A model generated the notes under the pieces. That model did not search any database. It was not told the DNA's origin and worked only from the letters and a program-made list of their open reading frames with translations. This document shows positions 37,747 through 47,270 of a stretch of DNA of 64,000 nt, one piece after another. This DNA comes from Minisyncoccota bacterium (GTDB taxonomy: Bacteria; Patescibacteriota; Minisyncoccia; Phycocordibacterales; JAQTLZ01), in assembly GCA_028711065.1 (NCBI GenBank), contig JAQTSY010000004.1:34522-98521 (forward strand), in the 5' to 3' direction. Every line of letters begins with the position of its first letter. Position 1 is the stretch's first letter. The translations under genes and the position numbers were made by a program.

Positions 37747-37817
37747 GCCCCCGGTTGGAATCGAACCAACATTAACGGCTTAGAAGTCCGACGTTCTATC
37801 CATTGAACTACGGGGGC
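37746..37817 (-). tRNA. tRNA-Arg(TCT)
   Basis: GCCCCCGTAGTTCAATGGATAGAACGTCGGACTTCTAAGCCGTTAATGTTGGTTCGATTCCAACCGGGGGCA; anticodon loop CTTCTAA; anticodon stem has only 3 clean pairs. Confidence 0.75.
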
Positions 37818-37923
37818 TCGGGTTTAATAGTACTGAATTTGAAAAGAATTGGAAGGAGAATAATAAAATTCCCGACCGGTGTCCCCCAGTCAGGAATATT
37901 TTTTCTTGCTCGTAATGGCAGTC

Positions 37924-38658
37924 TTACGTATTTAAGACTTGGAGTCCCCAGAAGCAGTGATACTTGAGAGCGCTTCTCTGGAAGAACTCCAGCCGAAGGC
38001 CGTGAGTTGTCCAACGGAGAGCGGGTACTCGGTTGTCTGCAACCCATGAGCCCATAGCGTACATCGAGCACTCTTTCGGTCTTCGTATCCCGCGGAAGTA
38101 AAAGTAAAGCTCCCGTGCGAGAAGTTCAGTGAGTGTCACTTCGTGTCCCTCCGTCATGGATGCGGGCCATGCGTCTGATTCCTTCTGATCCACTTGAATC
38201 ATATAGGTCTTTCCTTCGCGGAACCGATTTCCGCCCAGGGTGCCCTGTGTCGGTTCCGGTTTATACGTCATCGGGAAGAATTTTTTACAGCACTCCTGAA
38301 GATCAGCCTCAAACCGGGTCTGATTTTTCACTTCAGGAATAAAGATCGAATTCTTCGCGTTACAACTGTGTTTCTCCAGACCAGGAAAAGCGACCTGCCT
38401 TTGGAGGAGGAACTTGTAAAACCGGACCCAGTGGGCGACTTCGTTCGCCACTGTCGGCGGATGAAAAAGCACTTTCTGCACCTCGTCTGCAAGGCACTCT
38501 TTTCCTCCCGTATCTTCCACCCACCACGAGGCTGTCTTTTCAGACAGGTTGAGCGGAACCGATCCTGCAAGCGCAGTATTCAGAAGCTTGATGCTTCTTG
38601 CAGTAAGCGTACCGCCTCTTTGAGACACGGCAGATCGGTTCTCCCCATGCGTACTCAT
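37924..38658 (-). CDS. GC-elevated hypothetical protein
   Basis: 244 aa, no recognised motif; composition differs from flanks; lies between two tRNAs. Confidence 0.45.
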   Translation of the reverse strand: MSTHGENRSAVSQRGGTLTARSIKLLNTALAGSVPLNLSEKTASWWVEDTGGKECLADEVQKVLFHPPTVANEVAHWVRFYKFLLQRQVAFPGLEKHSCNAKNSIFIPEVKNQTRFEADLQECCKKFFPMTYKPEPTQGTLGGNRFREGKTYMIQVDQKESDAWPASMTEGHEVTLTELLARELYFYFRGIRRPKECSMYAMGSWVADNRVPALRWTTHGLRLEFFQRSALKYHCFWGLQVLNT

Positions 38659-38776
38659 AGGGTTCTCCTTTCATGCTGAAACGCTAAACGATCCTCCAAG
38701 AGAGCTCTCGGACAAGAATCATTTCCAATTGCACAATAGCATTAAGAGAGAAAATCGCAAGAAAAATTTGGTCGCA

Positions 38777-38797
38777 CATTGTGGTCACGGATATTTG
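38777..38797. repeat. left arm of imperfect inverted repeat bracketing tRNA-Val locus
   Basis: CATTGTGGTCACGGATATTTG; partner at 39163-39188 (revcomp ATTGTGTGATGGTCACGGATATTTTG). Confidence 0.5.
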
Positions 38798-38886
38798 AGA
38801 AACCCTGCGGGAGTTTCGACCCTTACAGGGTCAGTACCCCGATTGGATTTTTTTGCGCGGTCACGCGCTAGAAAAAATGCACAATC

Positions 38887-38976
38887 GGGCTTCGAATCCC
38901 TCACACGATGCGCCCCCGCGCATCGTTAGGGCGCACAATAAAAAATCCGCCTTCGCGGAAATTTTTTATTGTGCGC
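38887..38976 (-). repeat. tRNA-Val trailer palindrome element (same family as tRNA-Lys trailer)
   Basis: GGGCTTCGAATCCCTCA|hairpin CACGATGCGCCCCCGCGCATCGT|TAGGGCGCACAAT + AAAAAATCCGCCTTCGCGGAAATTTTTT + ATTGTGCGCC overlapping tRNA 3' end. Confidence 0.7.
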
Positions 38977-39044
38977 CCTGAGGGATTCGAACCCCCGACC
39001 TTGTCAGTGTAAATGACCTGCTCTACCAACTGAGCTAAGGGCGC
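38972..39044 (-). tRNA. tRNA-Val(TAC)
   Basis: GCGCCCTTAGCTCAGTTGGTAGAGCAGGTCATTTACACTGACAAGGTCGGGGGTTCGAATCCCTCAGGGCGCA. Confidence 0.88.
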
Positions 39045-39162
39045 AAAAGCCCAGAAACTTAAACTGCTTTAAGTTTTTGCGGACTTGTGCGAGCCGGAGC
39101 CATATTTTTCTAACAAGAAAAAAAGGCGAGGCGTGGTCAGGGAATTTTGGTTGCGACGGCAA

Positions 39163-39188
39163 ACAAAATATCCGTGACCATCACACAA
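39163..39188. repeat. right arm of imperfect inverted repeat bracketing tRNA-Val locus
   Basis: CAAAATATCCGTGACCATCACACAAT. Confidence 0.5.
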
Positions 39189-39215
39189 TAATCCATTTTT
39201 ACCTTTCAATCAAGG

Positions 39216-39962
39216 TTACGCCTTCTTTTGAATCCACCTTGCTACTATTTCATTCGCTTCTTTTTGAAGCTCTGGATACTTCGAAAGACTATGCGGGGCA
39301 TTTTTTATAAGCGCGTGTTCGAGTTGTGTCAGATCCGGTACTGCATTTTTGAAGTTAAGAATTGTCTGGTGGGGGACCATTTCATCTTTTTCCGACTCGA
39401 TAATAAGAATTTCTCCGGGAAATGTATGAATGGCTCGCAAAGCGAGTGTGGATTCAGAATCTCTTTTGTGTTCACGCCATTCATTTATTTTCGCTTGCTC
39501 GAAGATCATTCCTTTGGGCTTTTCGAATGTTTCGTCGGGATAATCTGCCGGAGCTCGGAGTATTATGAAATTCAGATTTCTTTTTTGGCTAAGGAGGAGC
39601 GCGAGGTATCCTCCAAAAGAGCTTCCGCTTACTCCAATTTTTTCTGTATCTACTTCAGACCGTTTCGCAAGGAAATCATATCCGAGGATTACATCATCGA
39701 GAAAATCTTTGCGGGAGAGGGAATTTTTATCACCCGCGCTTTTCCCATGCCCTCGTAAATCTAAAGTGAGACAGATGAAGCCGAATTTCTCCGCAAGCAT
39801 TTTTGCAGTATCAAACATCCTCTCTTGGGTGCTGTTCCATCCATGAAGAAGCAAAAGAGCAGGCCTTTTTGTTCCTTTTTCCTTCGGGAGGAAGACATTT
39901 CCTTCAAGTGTGTAGCCATTTCCCTTAATCTCTCTTCTTTCCATATTTTGATTGTAACTCAC
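39216..39962 (-). CDS. alpha/beta hydrolase (dienelactone hydrolase/S9-like)
   Basis: LLLLHGWNST...GVSGSSFGGY (GxSxG), C-terminal His. Confidence 0.7.
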   Translation of the reverse strand: MSYNQNMERREIKGNGYTLEGNVFLPKEKGTKRPALLLLHGWNSTQERMFDTAKMLAEKFGFICLTLDLRGHGKSAGDKNSLSRKDFLDDVILGYDFLAKRSEVDTEKIGVSGSSFGGYLALLLSQKRNLNFIILRAPADYPDETFEKPKGMIFEQAKINEWREHKRDSESTLALRAIHTFPGEILIIESEKDEMVPHQTILNFKNAVPDLTQLEHALIKNAPHSLSKYPELQKEANEIVARWIQKKA

Positions 39963-40170
39963 GAAATAGATTGACCCTAATTTTTCTTTGAAGAAAGTTG
40001 ATTTTAGCTAGTATATAAGCCGTATTTTTCAGCTTTTTATGCTTGACATTTGGGTCATAATATGCTATCATTATACCAGAACCTGCAATCCTTTTTATCT
40101 GTCTGTAGTCGGCCTGCGTGGCTGATGAGGATGATTGGGACCAGGGAGACCTTTGTGAGGAGTGTGAGTT

Positions 40171-41175
40171 ATGGTGCAGCAAATTGCAGTTCGGCCTATC
40201 GATGTCGTTGTGGAAGCCCTCAGGGCTGCCCGCAAAGCCGATGGTGCCGTGAATGAGGTCGGTTCGCCGATCGAAGAGCGGAGCTGGAACACTGATGTGG
40301 AGGGGGGCGCGACGTGGAAATCCATGTTCGGCAACCTCCATTTGCAGGTTTCCGGGTTCCGGCTCGAATTCCCGGAAGCCCAAGCCCAAAACATGTGGGC
40401 GGCGGCGAATATCGACAGGGGCGACAGGCCCTCGGCGGTTCGCGTGTTGCTCAGCATGCAGGCTGTGGAAGGCGCGAAGGTGCTCCACTGCGCCGCAGGT
40501 GAAGTCACTGATGTGACGGCTGGCAGTATGCCGGATCTCGTCGTGCCGGTGGTCTACGATGGTGCGGCGCCCCGCACGCGGGAGAAGGACAAGGACAACA
40601 TCGATATCGTGATTCTGCAACGGAACGGAATGTTCGTTCAGTTGCAGGTCTCGGTCATCACGCGCGGCGGAGTGTTCTACGTCGGAGTCCAGGAGATTTT
40701 CGCGGGTCAGGTCGTTCGGACCAATGCCTCGAAAGTCTTGAAGCTTGGACTCAAGAAGGAGACGATCAACGGCGCACAGGTGGGACTCATCGTCCCGTTG
40801 TTTGAGGGCAACGCCTACCCCGGCGCCGATTACTTGAATGTCTTCCCCCGCATGGGACCGAAGGTGATCAAGTACGCTGTTGCGCACGAGATGTGCGTTC
40901 CGCTCTCCGAGTGCGTCGTTGCCAAGTGGGCGCCGGAAGAGACGCCGTTGCCGCCGAATTTGAAGGCGGAAGACGGCTGGATGAGGGCGGTGGTCCGCTC
41001 CTACAACTTGGTCACTGGTTGCGGCCATCTGTTGTGCGACGACGGCGTGGATTGCTTCCTTCATTTCAGTGTGATCGGCGGGGATTTCCCTTCCGTTCCG
41101 CCCATGAAGGCCGTGGCGGTCCAGCACTGGTTGCGCGACAATCGTCGCAAGGCGCTCAAGTTCCAGAGCCTGTAA
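40171..41175 (+). CDS. GC-rich hypothetical protein with C-terminal cold-shock-like OB domain
   Basis: 334 aa; C-terminal GWMRAVVRSYNLVTGCGHLLCDDGVDCFLHFSVIGGDF resembles CspA core (KGxVKWFN..GFGFI..DG.DVFVHFSAI); TTGACA-17-TATCAT promoter 40053-40087, GAGGAG RBS; own terminator; long antisense ORF 39925-41241 judged artefact. Confidence 0.5.
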   Translation: MVQQIAVRPIDVVVEALRAARKADGAVNEVGSPIEERSWNTDVEGGATWKSMFGNLHLQVSGFRLEFPEAQAQNMWAAANIDRGDRPSAVRVLLSMQAVEGAKVLHCAAGEVTDVTAGSMPDLVVPVVYDGAAPRTREKDKDNIDIVILQRNGMFVQLQVSVITRGGVFYVGVQEIFAGQVVRTNASKVLKLGLKKETINGAQVGLIVPLFEGNAYPGADYLNVFPRMGPKVIKYAVAHEMCVPLSECVVAKWAPEETPLPPNLKAEDGWMRAVVRSYNLVTGCGHLLCDDGVDCFLHFSVIGGDFPSVPPMKAVAVQHWLRDNRRKALKFQSL

Positions 41176-41204
41176 CGCACAGGAAAACATCAGCAAATAA
41201 TATG

Positions 41205-41234
41205 GCGGAAACATGAAAAGGTTATGTTTCCGCC
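41205..41234 (+). terminator. intrinsic terminator GGCGGAAACAT-GAAAAGGTT-ATGTTTCCGCC + TTTT
   Basis: 11-bp stem right after 40171-41175 stop. Confidence 0.8.
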
Positions 41235-41295
41235 TTTTCATTTGTCCGGATTTTTTCGATGTCGAGAAGACAATTATTTGTTACTATTAAACACA

Positions 41296-42765
41296 ATGAA
41301 TCAGAGTCCTTATAATTTTCGTGATTGGAAAGCTCTTGTCCCCGACATTGAATCTGTTGTCAGGCAAATCAATCAAACAGCAATTCTTTCCGTCGGAATC
41401 ACTCCTTATACTCGCATTATTCCGGCGTTTTTTCTGAATAACTATTCAATCTATACCATTCACCGGTCGAGTGATGTCGATGTGATGGAAGAATATTTGC
41501 GAATGCATATTCTTGCAGATCATCACCCGAATATTGCCAAAAAGATACATGGCACCGGATATCTCATCGGCAATCACGTTTTTCAATCATTTCTTAAATC
41601 ATTCCGGCCGATGCCGAAGCTCATGTTCTATACAATGACCGATAAAATCGTACAGGATTTAAATCGTCTTCATATCCCATGGATTGGCAATGATCCGAAA
41701 ACATTTGAGGAAGTGAAGTATAAAGGCACATTTCGCGAACTAACAAAGAAATTAGGACTGCCGACACTTCCTTCAGAACAATATGGTCGTGAAGCATATC
41801 TCGGCTCTTCTTTTGAGGAGCTCTGGGAGAAAAATCAGGGGGCGTTCGTGGTGCAACGGGCGGATAAAGAGACGGGCGGAAATGAGGGAACTTTTTTTAT
41901 TCACAAGAAAGAAGATTTTAGCCGGTGCATTGAAATTCTAAAAGCCGATGCGGATTTTCAGTTTGTTGTGGTCGCTCCTTTTATCCAAGGCCAATCCACT
42001 TCGATGCTTGGTTGTATTATGCCGGAGGGAACGCTTTCAGGACCGCTTCAGCTACAACTTATTGATGTCCCGGAATCTCTTCATGGCGTGCCCGCAAATG
42101 GAATATTTTTCGGTAATGATCTTGGGTTTACCGCCTGGGGACAAGAGATAGAAGCGCAGGCACAGAAAGTGGTAGAGGGAATCGGAGCGCATCTTGCAAA
42201 ACAGGGATACAAAGGAATTTTTGGAATTGATTTTCTGTATGACAAAAAACGAAATCAGATCTATCCAAATGAATGCAATCCTCGATTTACCGGCTCTCTC
42301 ACGGTGCACTCTCTTATGATGCTGGAATTGGGCCTGCCTCCGCTCGAACTTTTTCATCTCATGACACATTTGAATATAAAATCTTCCTATCATTTTGAAA
42401 AAGTGAAGCAGGCTCTCAAGACAAGATTGCCGTGCGCTCACATCGCTTTTTCTCCTCAGAATATTCCTTTCATGAATCTGCCTCTCCTTGCTGGAGTGTA
42501 TTCGTTTGATCCTGCTGGTCCCGCGCTTTCATACAAAGGCCCTGGAATTTCTCTCGGTGATATCAAGGGTGAACACGATTTTCTTCTCATTGATACTGTA
42601 CCGAGCATGAAGACTGCTATTGAGCAGAAGGTGCCACGATTATTTAAATTTATTTTCAAGCGAAGCATTGCTAAATCTTCGTATGAAATAGATAAGGAAG
42701 CGGGCTATCTTCTCGAGCGATTTTCACTCTCTTTGATCGAAGCGGCAAAAGAAAATACGGAATAA
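41296..42765 (+). CDS. ATP-grasp family enzyme (hypothetical carboxylate-amine ligase)
   Basis: ~490 aa; GIFGIDFLYD...ECNPRFTGS (E-x-N-P-R ATP-grasp motif), FVVQRADKETGG. Confidence 0.55.
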   Translation: MNQSPYNFRDWKALVPDIESVVRQINQTAILSVGITPYTRIIPAFFLNNYSIYTIHRSSDVDVMEEYLRMHILADHHPNIAKKIHGTGYLIGNHVFQSFLKSFRPMPKLMFYTMTDKIVQDLNRLHIPWIGNDPKTFEEVKYKGTFRELTKKLGLPTLPSEQYGREAYLGSSFEELWEKNQGAFVVQRADKETGGNEGTFFIHKKEDFSRCIEILKADADFQFVVVAPFIQGQSTSMLGCIMPEGTLSGPLQLQLIDVPESLHGVPANGIFFGNDLGFTAWGQEIEAQAQKVVEGIGAHLAKQGYKGIFGIDFLYDKKRNQIYPNECNPRFTGSLTVHSLMMLELGLPPLELFHLMTHLNIKSSYHFEKVKQALKTRLPCAHIAFSPQNIPFMNLPLLAGVYSFDPAGPALSYKGPGISLGDIKGEHDFLLIDTVPSMKTAIEQKVPRLFKFIFKRSIAKSSYEIDKEAGYLLERFSLSLIEAAKENTE

Positions 42766-42833
42766 AGAGAGGAGTGTTTCTGTCTACCTTTTCTGTCTAA
42801 AATACGCTAGACTAGCGATATTCGTTTCAAATT

Positions 42834-43835
42834 ATGCGAGGCAAGAATCACAATGGAATAAAGGCTGTTGTTATGGGCGGGGGCACCGGTACTTTCATGG
42901 TGCTTTCTTCACTCAAACATTTTGTCAGTGACATTACTGCAATCGTAACTATGGCAGATGACGGCGGTTCGACCGGAGTGCTTCGTGATGAATACGGTGT
43001 ACTTCCTCCCGGAGATATTCGCCAGTCTCTTGTCGCGCTTTCGTCTTCTTCTGAAGTGATGCGTGAACTTTTTAATTATCGCTATTCTACCGGAGTATTT
43101 TCTGGCCATGCGTTCGGCAATCTTTTTCTTTCTGCGCTTGAAAAAATCACGGGAAGTTTCCCGAAAGCAGTGCAGACTGCGGGAGAGATCTTGCAGATCA
43201 CCGGAAATGTTGTACCTGTGACGACTGACGATATCCGTCTCTCTGTTCGCAAAGAAAATGGAGAGGTTGTGAAGGGGCAGAAATATATGATTTCATCCGG
43301 CTTTAAGAAAGGAGAAAATAATACCTTCTATCTCGAGCCAGCGGCGAAAATAAATCCAGCGGCGGAAAAAGCAATCCTCGAAGCCGATATGATAATTCTT
43401 GGTCCCGGAAATCTTCATTCATCGCTCGTACCCATTCTTCTTGTTGCTGGAGTTTCAGAAGCTTTGAAAAGGGCGAGAGCAAAGAAGATATATATCTGCA
43501 ATATGATGACCCAGCCGGGGCAAACAGAACTGTATACTGTGGCGGATTTTGTGGATGAAGTAGAAAAATATGGAGGAAAAGATTTGTTTGATTTTGTGGT
43601 TTTCAATAACAAGAAACCTCCGCAGGAATTTGTGGAAGCATATGCGCGCCAGGGCGAACAGCTTGTTTCATCTGATAAAAAAGATTTTGAAGGAAAAAAA
43701 TATGTGCCGGTGGGAGAAAATCTCGTCTCGTCAAAGGTGATACAGCCGAAAGCGGGGGATAAGATACCTCGTCCGCTCATCCGTCACGATGGGAATAGAG
43801 TTGCGCGTTTGCTCATGAAGATATACTTTTCTTAG
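42834..43835 (+). CDS. YvcK/CofD-family (UPF0052) protein
   Basis: VMGGGTGTFMVL...IVTMADDGGSTG signature. Confidence 0.8.
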   Translation: MRGKNHNGIKAVVMGGGTGTFMVLSSLKHFVSDITAIVTMADDGGSTGVLRDEYGVLPPGDIRQSLVALSSSSEVMRELFNYRYSTGVFSGHAFGNLFLSALEKITGSFPKAVQTAGEILQITGNVVPVTTDDIRLSVRKENGEVVKGQKYMISSGFKKGENNTFYLEPAAKINPAAEKAILEADMIILGPGNLHSSLVPILLVAGVSEALKRARAKKIYICNMMTQPGQTELYTVADFVDEVEKYGGKDLFDFVVFNNKKPPQEFVEAYARQGEQLVSSDKKDFEGKKYVPVGENLVSSKVIQPKAGDKIPRPLIRHDGNRVARLLMKIYFS

Positions 43836-44014
43836 TAGTGCTCAAAATATTCTTTTAAGAAAACAGAATGGTTTTCCCTGCGAGAAAACCTTCTTCTCGC
43901 TCAACTCACGGCTGTCAATGAGCCCCGCTTCTTACAGAGCAGGGTCGTTGACAGACCTTGCCCGTGAGCTTCCGCGATGTTTCTTAAAAGTACATTTCTC
44001 GCTACTATGTAACC

Positions 44015-44302
44015 ATGGTTAAAGAAATTGAAGTGAAAGTAACCGGGAGAGTCCAGATGGTGATGTTTCGCGATTTTACCATGCGGAAAGCCCGCGGACT
44101 CGGTATTGTCGGCACAGTACAAAATATGAAAGATGGCTCGGTGCACATCGTTGCGGTTGGAGAGGAGGCTGTGCTTCAAGAGTTTTTAATGAAAATTCAT
44201 CAAGGCTCGATTTTTTCTCGTGTGGAGGATGTGGCGGTAGAGTGGAGCGACCCCATGCATAATTTCACAAATTTTGTTATCCTCTATGGTTATGGTGAAT
44301 GA
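44015..44302 (+). CDS. acyP: acylphosphatase
   Basis: VTGRVQMVMFRDFT...GTVQNMKDGSVHIVAVGEE. Confidence 0.8.
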   Translation: MVKEIEVKVTGRVQMVMFRDFTMRKARGLGIVGTVQNMKDGSVHIVAVGEEAVLQEFLMKIHQGSIFSRVEDVAVEWSDPMHNFTNFVILYGYGE

Positions 44303-44993
44303 TCAAGGAGATAAGAAGGTGCACTCTGTCGGAATTATTCTCGATGGCAATCGCCGCTGGGCGAAGGCCAATGGCTTTCCTTCTCTCGAAGGACATCGGC
44401 GCGGGTATGAAAAATTGAAAGACTTGGGTGATTGGGCCGAAGAAGCTGGTGTGGAATATGTTACGGTCTATGCCTTTTCGACTGAAAATTGGAATCGAGC
44501 CAAAGAAGAAGTCTCGTATCTTATGGATTTGTTTCGCATTCTTCTCAAAAAAGATCTGCCGGAATTCCATAAGCGAGGGAAGCGGCTTCGATTTATCGGG
44601 GACTTGTCGCGTCTCGCGCCTGATCTACAAGAAGGAATCAAGAAAGCAGAAGAGCTTACTGCGAAAAATACCAGGGGGACGCTTTGCGCTTGCGTTTCGT
44701 ATGGAGGGAGAGGAGAGATTGTAAATGCAACTCGAAAAATGATTGAGAAAGGAATGAAGCCGGAAGAGATCACGGAAGAAAGTTTTGCAAAATTCCTCTA
44801 CGCGTCAGATATCCCTGATCCAGAACTCATTATCCGCACCGGAGGAGAAATGCGGCTTTCGAACTTTCTTACGTGGCAGTCGATCTATAGCGAATTCTTT
44901 TTCCCGAAAAAGTTCTGGCCGGAATTTGAAAAGGAGGATTTTTTCGCAATTCTTGAAGAATTCAAAACTCGGAAAATAAATCACGGAAAATAA
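44274..44993 (+). CDS. uppS: isoprenyl transferase (undecaprenyl diphosphate synthase)
   Basis: VGIILDGNRRWAK, VTVYAFSTENWNR, RTGGEMRLSNFL. Confidence 0.88.
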   Translation: MLSSMVMVNDQGDKKVHSVGIILDGNRRWAKANGFPSLEGHRRGYEKLKDLGDWAEEAGVEYVTVYAFSTENWNRAKEEVSYLMDLFRILLKKDLPEFHKRGKRLRFIGDLSRLAPDLQEGIKKAEELTAKNTRGTLCACVSYGGRGEIVNATRKMIEKGMKPEEITEESFAKFLYASDIPDPELIIRTGGEMRLSNFLTWQSIYSEFFFPKKFWPEFEKEDFFAILEEFKTRKINHGK

Positions 44994-44994
44994 T

Positions 44995-45723
44995 ATGGCT
45001 TTCGCTCCAAAAGTTATCTTTGAAGACAAAGATGTCTTGGTTTTAAACAAGCCTTCAGGGCTTGTTGTACATGCTGATGGGAAGACGAAAGAGACGACAG
45101 TTGCGGATTGGGTTTTGAAAAACTATCCGAAGATAAAAGAGGTAGGGGAGCCAACTGTACTTTCGACTGGCGAGACAATTTTGCGTCCTGGAATTGTCCA
45201 TCGCATTGACCGCGAGACTTCCGGAATTTTAGTTCTCGCCAAAAATCAAAAAGCATTTGAATTCTTGAAAAAGCAATTTCAGGACAGGACGATCGAGAAA
45301 ACCTATCTCGCATTCGTAAGCGGGGAATTGAAAAATAAAAAAGGTGTTATTGATAAGCCAATTGGCAGGAGCTCGACTGATTTCCGCCGATGGACGAGTG
45401 GAAAGGGAGCGCGGGGAACGCTTCGCGATGCAGTAACTGCCTACACAACACTTGAAACAGGGAAGGGATATTCGTATGTGGAAGTGAAACCGAAGACGGG
45501 TAGGACACATCAGATCCGCGTGCATTTCAAATTTATCCAGCATCCGATTCTCGGCGATTCGCTCTATGCGCCGAAGCTCGGCTACGCGCTCGGCTTCGGA
45601 CGCCTCGCGCTTCACGCGTTTCAAATAAAATTTATGCTTCCGAGCGGAAAAGAAATGTCCCTCGAAGCTCCGATACCTGCAGATTTCAAAAAGGCAGTTA
45701 AACTTTTATCTTCTAAAAAATAG
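44995..45723 (+). CDS. RluA-family pseudouridine synthase
   Basis: VLVLNKPSGLVVH, HRIDRETSGILVLAKN catalytic Asp motif. Confidence 0.85.
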   Translation: MAFAPKVIFEDKDVLVLNKPSGLVVHADGKTKETTVADWVLKNYPKIKEVGEPTVLSTGETILRPGIVHRIDRETSGILVLAKNQKAFEFLKKQFQDRTIEKTYLAFVSGELKNKKGVIDKPIGRSSTDFRRWTSGKGARGTLRDAVTAYTTLETGKGYSYVEVKPKTGRTHQIRVHFKFIQHPILGDSLYAPKLGYALGFGRLALHAFQIKFMLPSGKEMSLEAPIPADFKKAVKLLSSKK

Positions 45724-45810
45724 CCGAGAATGAGCCTCAAAGTATTGACATATTAATATTATTATGTATTAATTATCTCGGTTCATCAGTCCAACGCGGA
45801 TTGGTGCTAA

Positions 45811-46407
45811 ATGTTCTCTCGTACAAGCCATTTTCCGTGGCAGGAGGATGTTGTGAGTAACACATGCGTTTTAACGCCGGAGGTGCACGCACTTCCTTGT
45901 TTGCACGATTTTGCAAGGGGGTGGGGATGGTGCAAACTTGGCGCAGTTTGCGAGATTGCACGAGAACTCTTTGGGCAAGTTGCGAAAGGACATCCGTATC
46001 CAGATGTTCGTGAAGAGTTCCTGAAGCTCCAGAGGGAAATCACACCGACGGATTTGGCAAAACGGTTCTGCGGACTTTCGCAATTCGAGTATGCGGAGCC
46101 GATGCAATCAACAGGCGGAACAGTTACCCGTTCGGGGTTTGTCCAAAAGTTCCATGTCCACACTGGCGGTGGTCACCTGATGTTCGATGCCGATGGCCAT
46201 TACCCTGAATTTCCTGCTGAGATTCCGGATTTGCAACCCGATTGGTATGTGCCATCGGACTGGGCAGAAGATGTCGTCAGGGCAATTAAAGAAGAGGCGA
46301 GCTCTGGGGCCTGGCAGGGCGGTGGCATGCACCCTCATTACATTGGCAGGAACGTGCTCTGTTGTTGCTTTTCGCTCTGGGATAGAGAGCGGTGCAAGGT
46401 TGAATAA
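45811..46407 (+). CDS. GC-elevated hypothetical protein (Cys/His/Trp-rich)
   Basis: 198 aa, no recognised motif; composition unlike flanks; promoter-like TTGACA at ~45749; hairpin after stop. Confidence 0.45.
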   Translation: MFSRTSHFPWQEDVVSNTCVLTPEVHALPCLHDFARGWGWCKLGAVCEIARELFGQVAKGHPYPDVREEFLKLQREITPTDLAKRFCGLSQFEYAEPMQSTGGTVTRSGFVQKFHVHTGGGHLMFDADGHYPEFPAEIPDLQPDWYVPSDWAEDVVRAIKEEASSGAWQGGGMHPHYIGRNVLCCCFSLWDRERCKVE

Positions 46408-46537
46408 GTAGCGGCATGGGATGTGGCGAAAGCGACACATCTCGTGCCGCTTTTGCTTTTATCTTGTTTTAGTTGCGGATTTAGGCTCCCTGTGTTAGAT
46501 TGGTATGCGTTCACATTTTGGAAAAACCTCTAAAAAT

Positions 46538-47050
46538 ATGACCATTCATTCCCCGATAAACGTTGAAGAAAGAAAGAATCTCGACATTCGCCCAGGCGAT
46601 ACTATTCGCGTTTGGCAGAAAATTACCGAACGATACAAGGAAAAAGATAAGATCAAAGAAAAGAAACGACTTCAGGCTTTTGAAGGACTTGTGCTTGCTC
46701 GAAAACACGGAACGGAAGCTGGCGGGACATTCATTGTCCGACGAGTTGCGAGCGGGGTAGGGGTGGAGCGAATTTTCCCTTTGTATTCTCCAACGATCGA
46801 TAAGATTGAAATGATTCGCCGAGCAAAGGTGCGACAGGCAAAGCTCTACCATATTCGAGACAAGGCAGCGAAAGAGATTAGCCGAGAGATGCGACGAACA
46901 ATCACGCTCACTCGAGCTGAGACTGAAGCAAAGGTAAAGGCGAAGGAGGCGGCAGAGGCCGAAAAAGCCGATGCTGCGAAGATAAAGGCAAAGGAGATGG
47001 CGATAAAAAGCGAAGCAAAAGAAGAGAAAAAAGAGGAAGTAAAAGCATAA
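46538..47050 (+). CDS. rplS: 50S ribosomal protein L19 with Lys/Glu/Ala-rich C-terminal extension
   Basis: [13 protein letters not shown]...[11 protein letters not shown]...[22 protein letters not shown]...KLYHIRD. Confidence 0.88.
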   Translation: MTIHSPINVEERKNLDIRPGDTIRVWQKITERYKEKDKIKEKKRLQAFEGLVLARKHGTEAGGTFIVRRVASGVGVERIFPLYSPTIDKIEMIRRAKVRQAKLYHIRDKAAKEISREMRRTITLTRAETEAKVKAKEAAEAEKADAAKIKAKEMAIKSEAKEEKKEEVKA

Positions 47051-47053
47051 TCA

Positions 47054-47087
47054 AAGGAAAAAAGACCGAAAGGTCTTTTTTCCTTTC
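47054..47087 (+). terminator. intrinsic terminator after rplS
   Basis: AAAGGAAAAAAGACC-GAAA-GGTCTTTTTTCCTTT. Confidence 0.85.
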
Positions 47088-47135
47088 TGTGGTTGAAAAT
47101 TGTCGGCAACTCGTACATAATAGGCGGGTGTTAAC

Positions 47136-47217
47136 GCCCGGGTGGGGAAATTGGTAGACCTACTCCCTTGAGGTGGGAGCGCCGTAAGGCATGCAAGTTC
47201 GAGTCTTGTCCCGGGCA
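47136..47217 (+). tRNA. tRNA-Leu(GAG)
   Basis: GCCCGGGTGGGGAAATTGGTAGACCTACTCCCTTGAGGTGGGAGCGCCGTAAGGCATGCAAGTTCGAGTCTTGTCCCGGGCA; long variable arm; followed by terminator 47221-47247. Confidence 0.88.
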
Positions 47218-47270
47218 CAAAAAGAACGCCGAAAGGCGTTTTTCTTAATTTGTGCTAAAATAGCAGTACT

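Noticed and set aside
37554-37806. ORFs 37554-37772(-) and 37591-37806(+)
   Set aside because: They are made entirely of palindromic hairpin sequence and overlap tRNA-Arg.
38790-38930. A complete plus-strand tRNA gene upstream of tRNA-Val
   Set aside because: Only a T-arm/acceptor-like fragment (GGGCTTCGAATCCCTCA...GGGCGCA, interrupted by a hairpin) is present. No D-arm or anticodon arm can be folded, so it is treated as part of the trailer palindrome.
39925-41241. 438-aa minus-strand ORF spanning the 40.2-41.2 kb GC-rich gene
   Set aside because: The composition is Arg/His/Pro-rich, typical of antisense GC-rich frames. It overlaps the start of the hydrolase gene. The plus-strand ORF has promoter, RBS, a cold-shock-like domain and its own terminator hairpin at 41205-41234.
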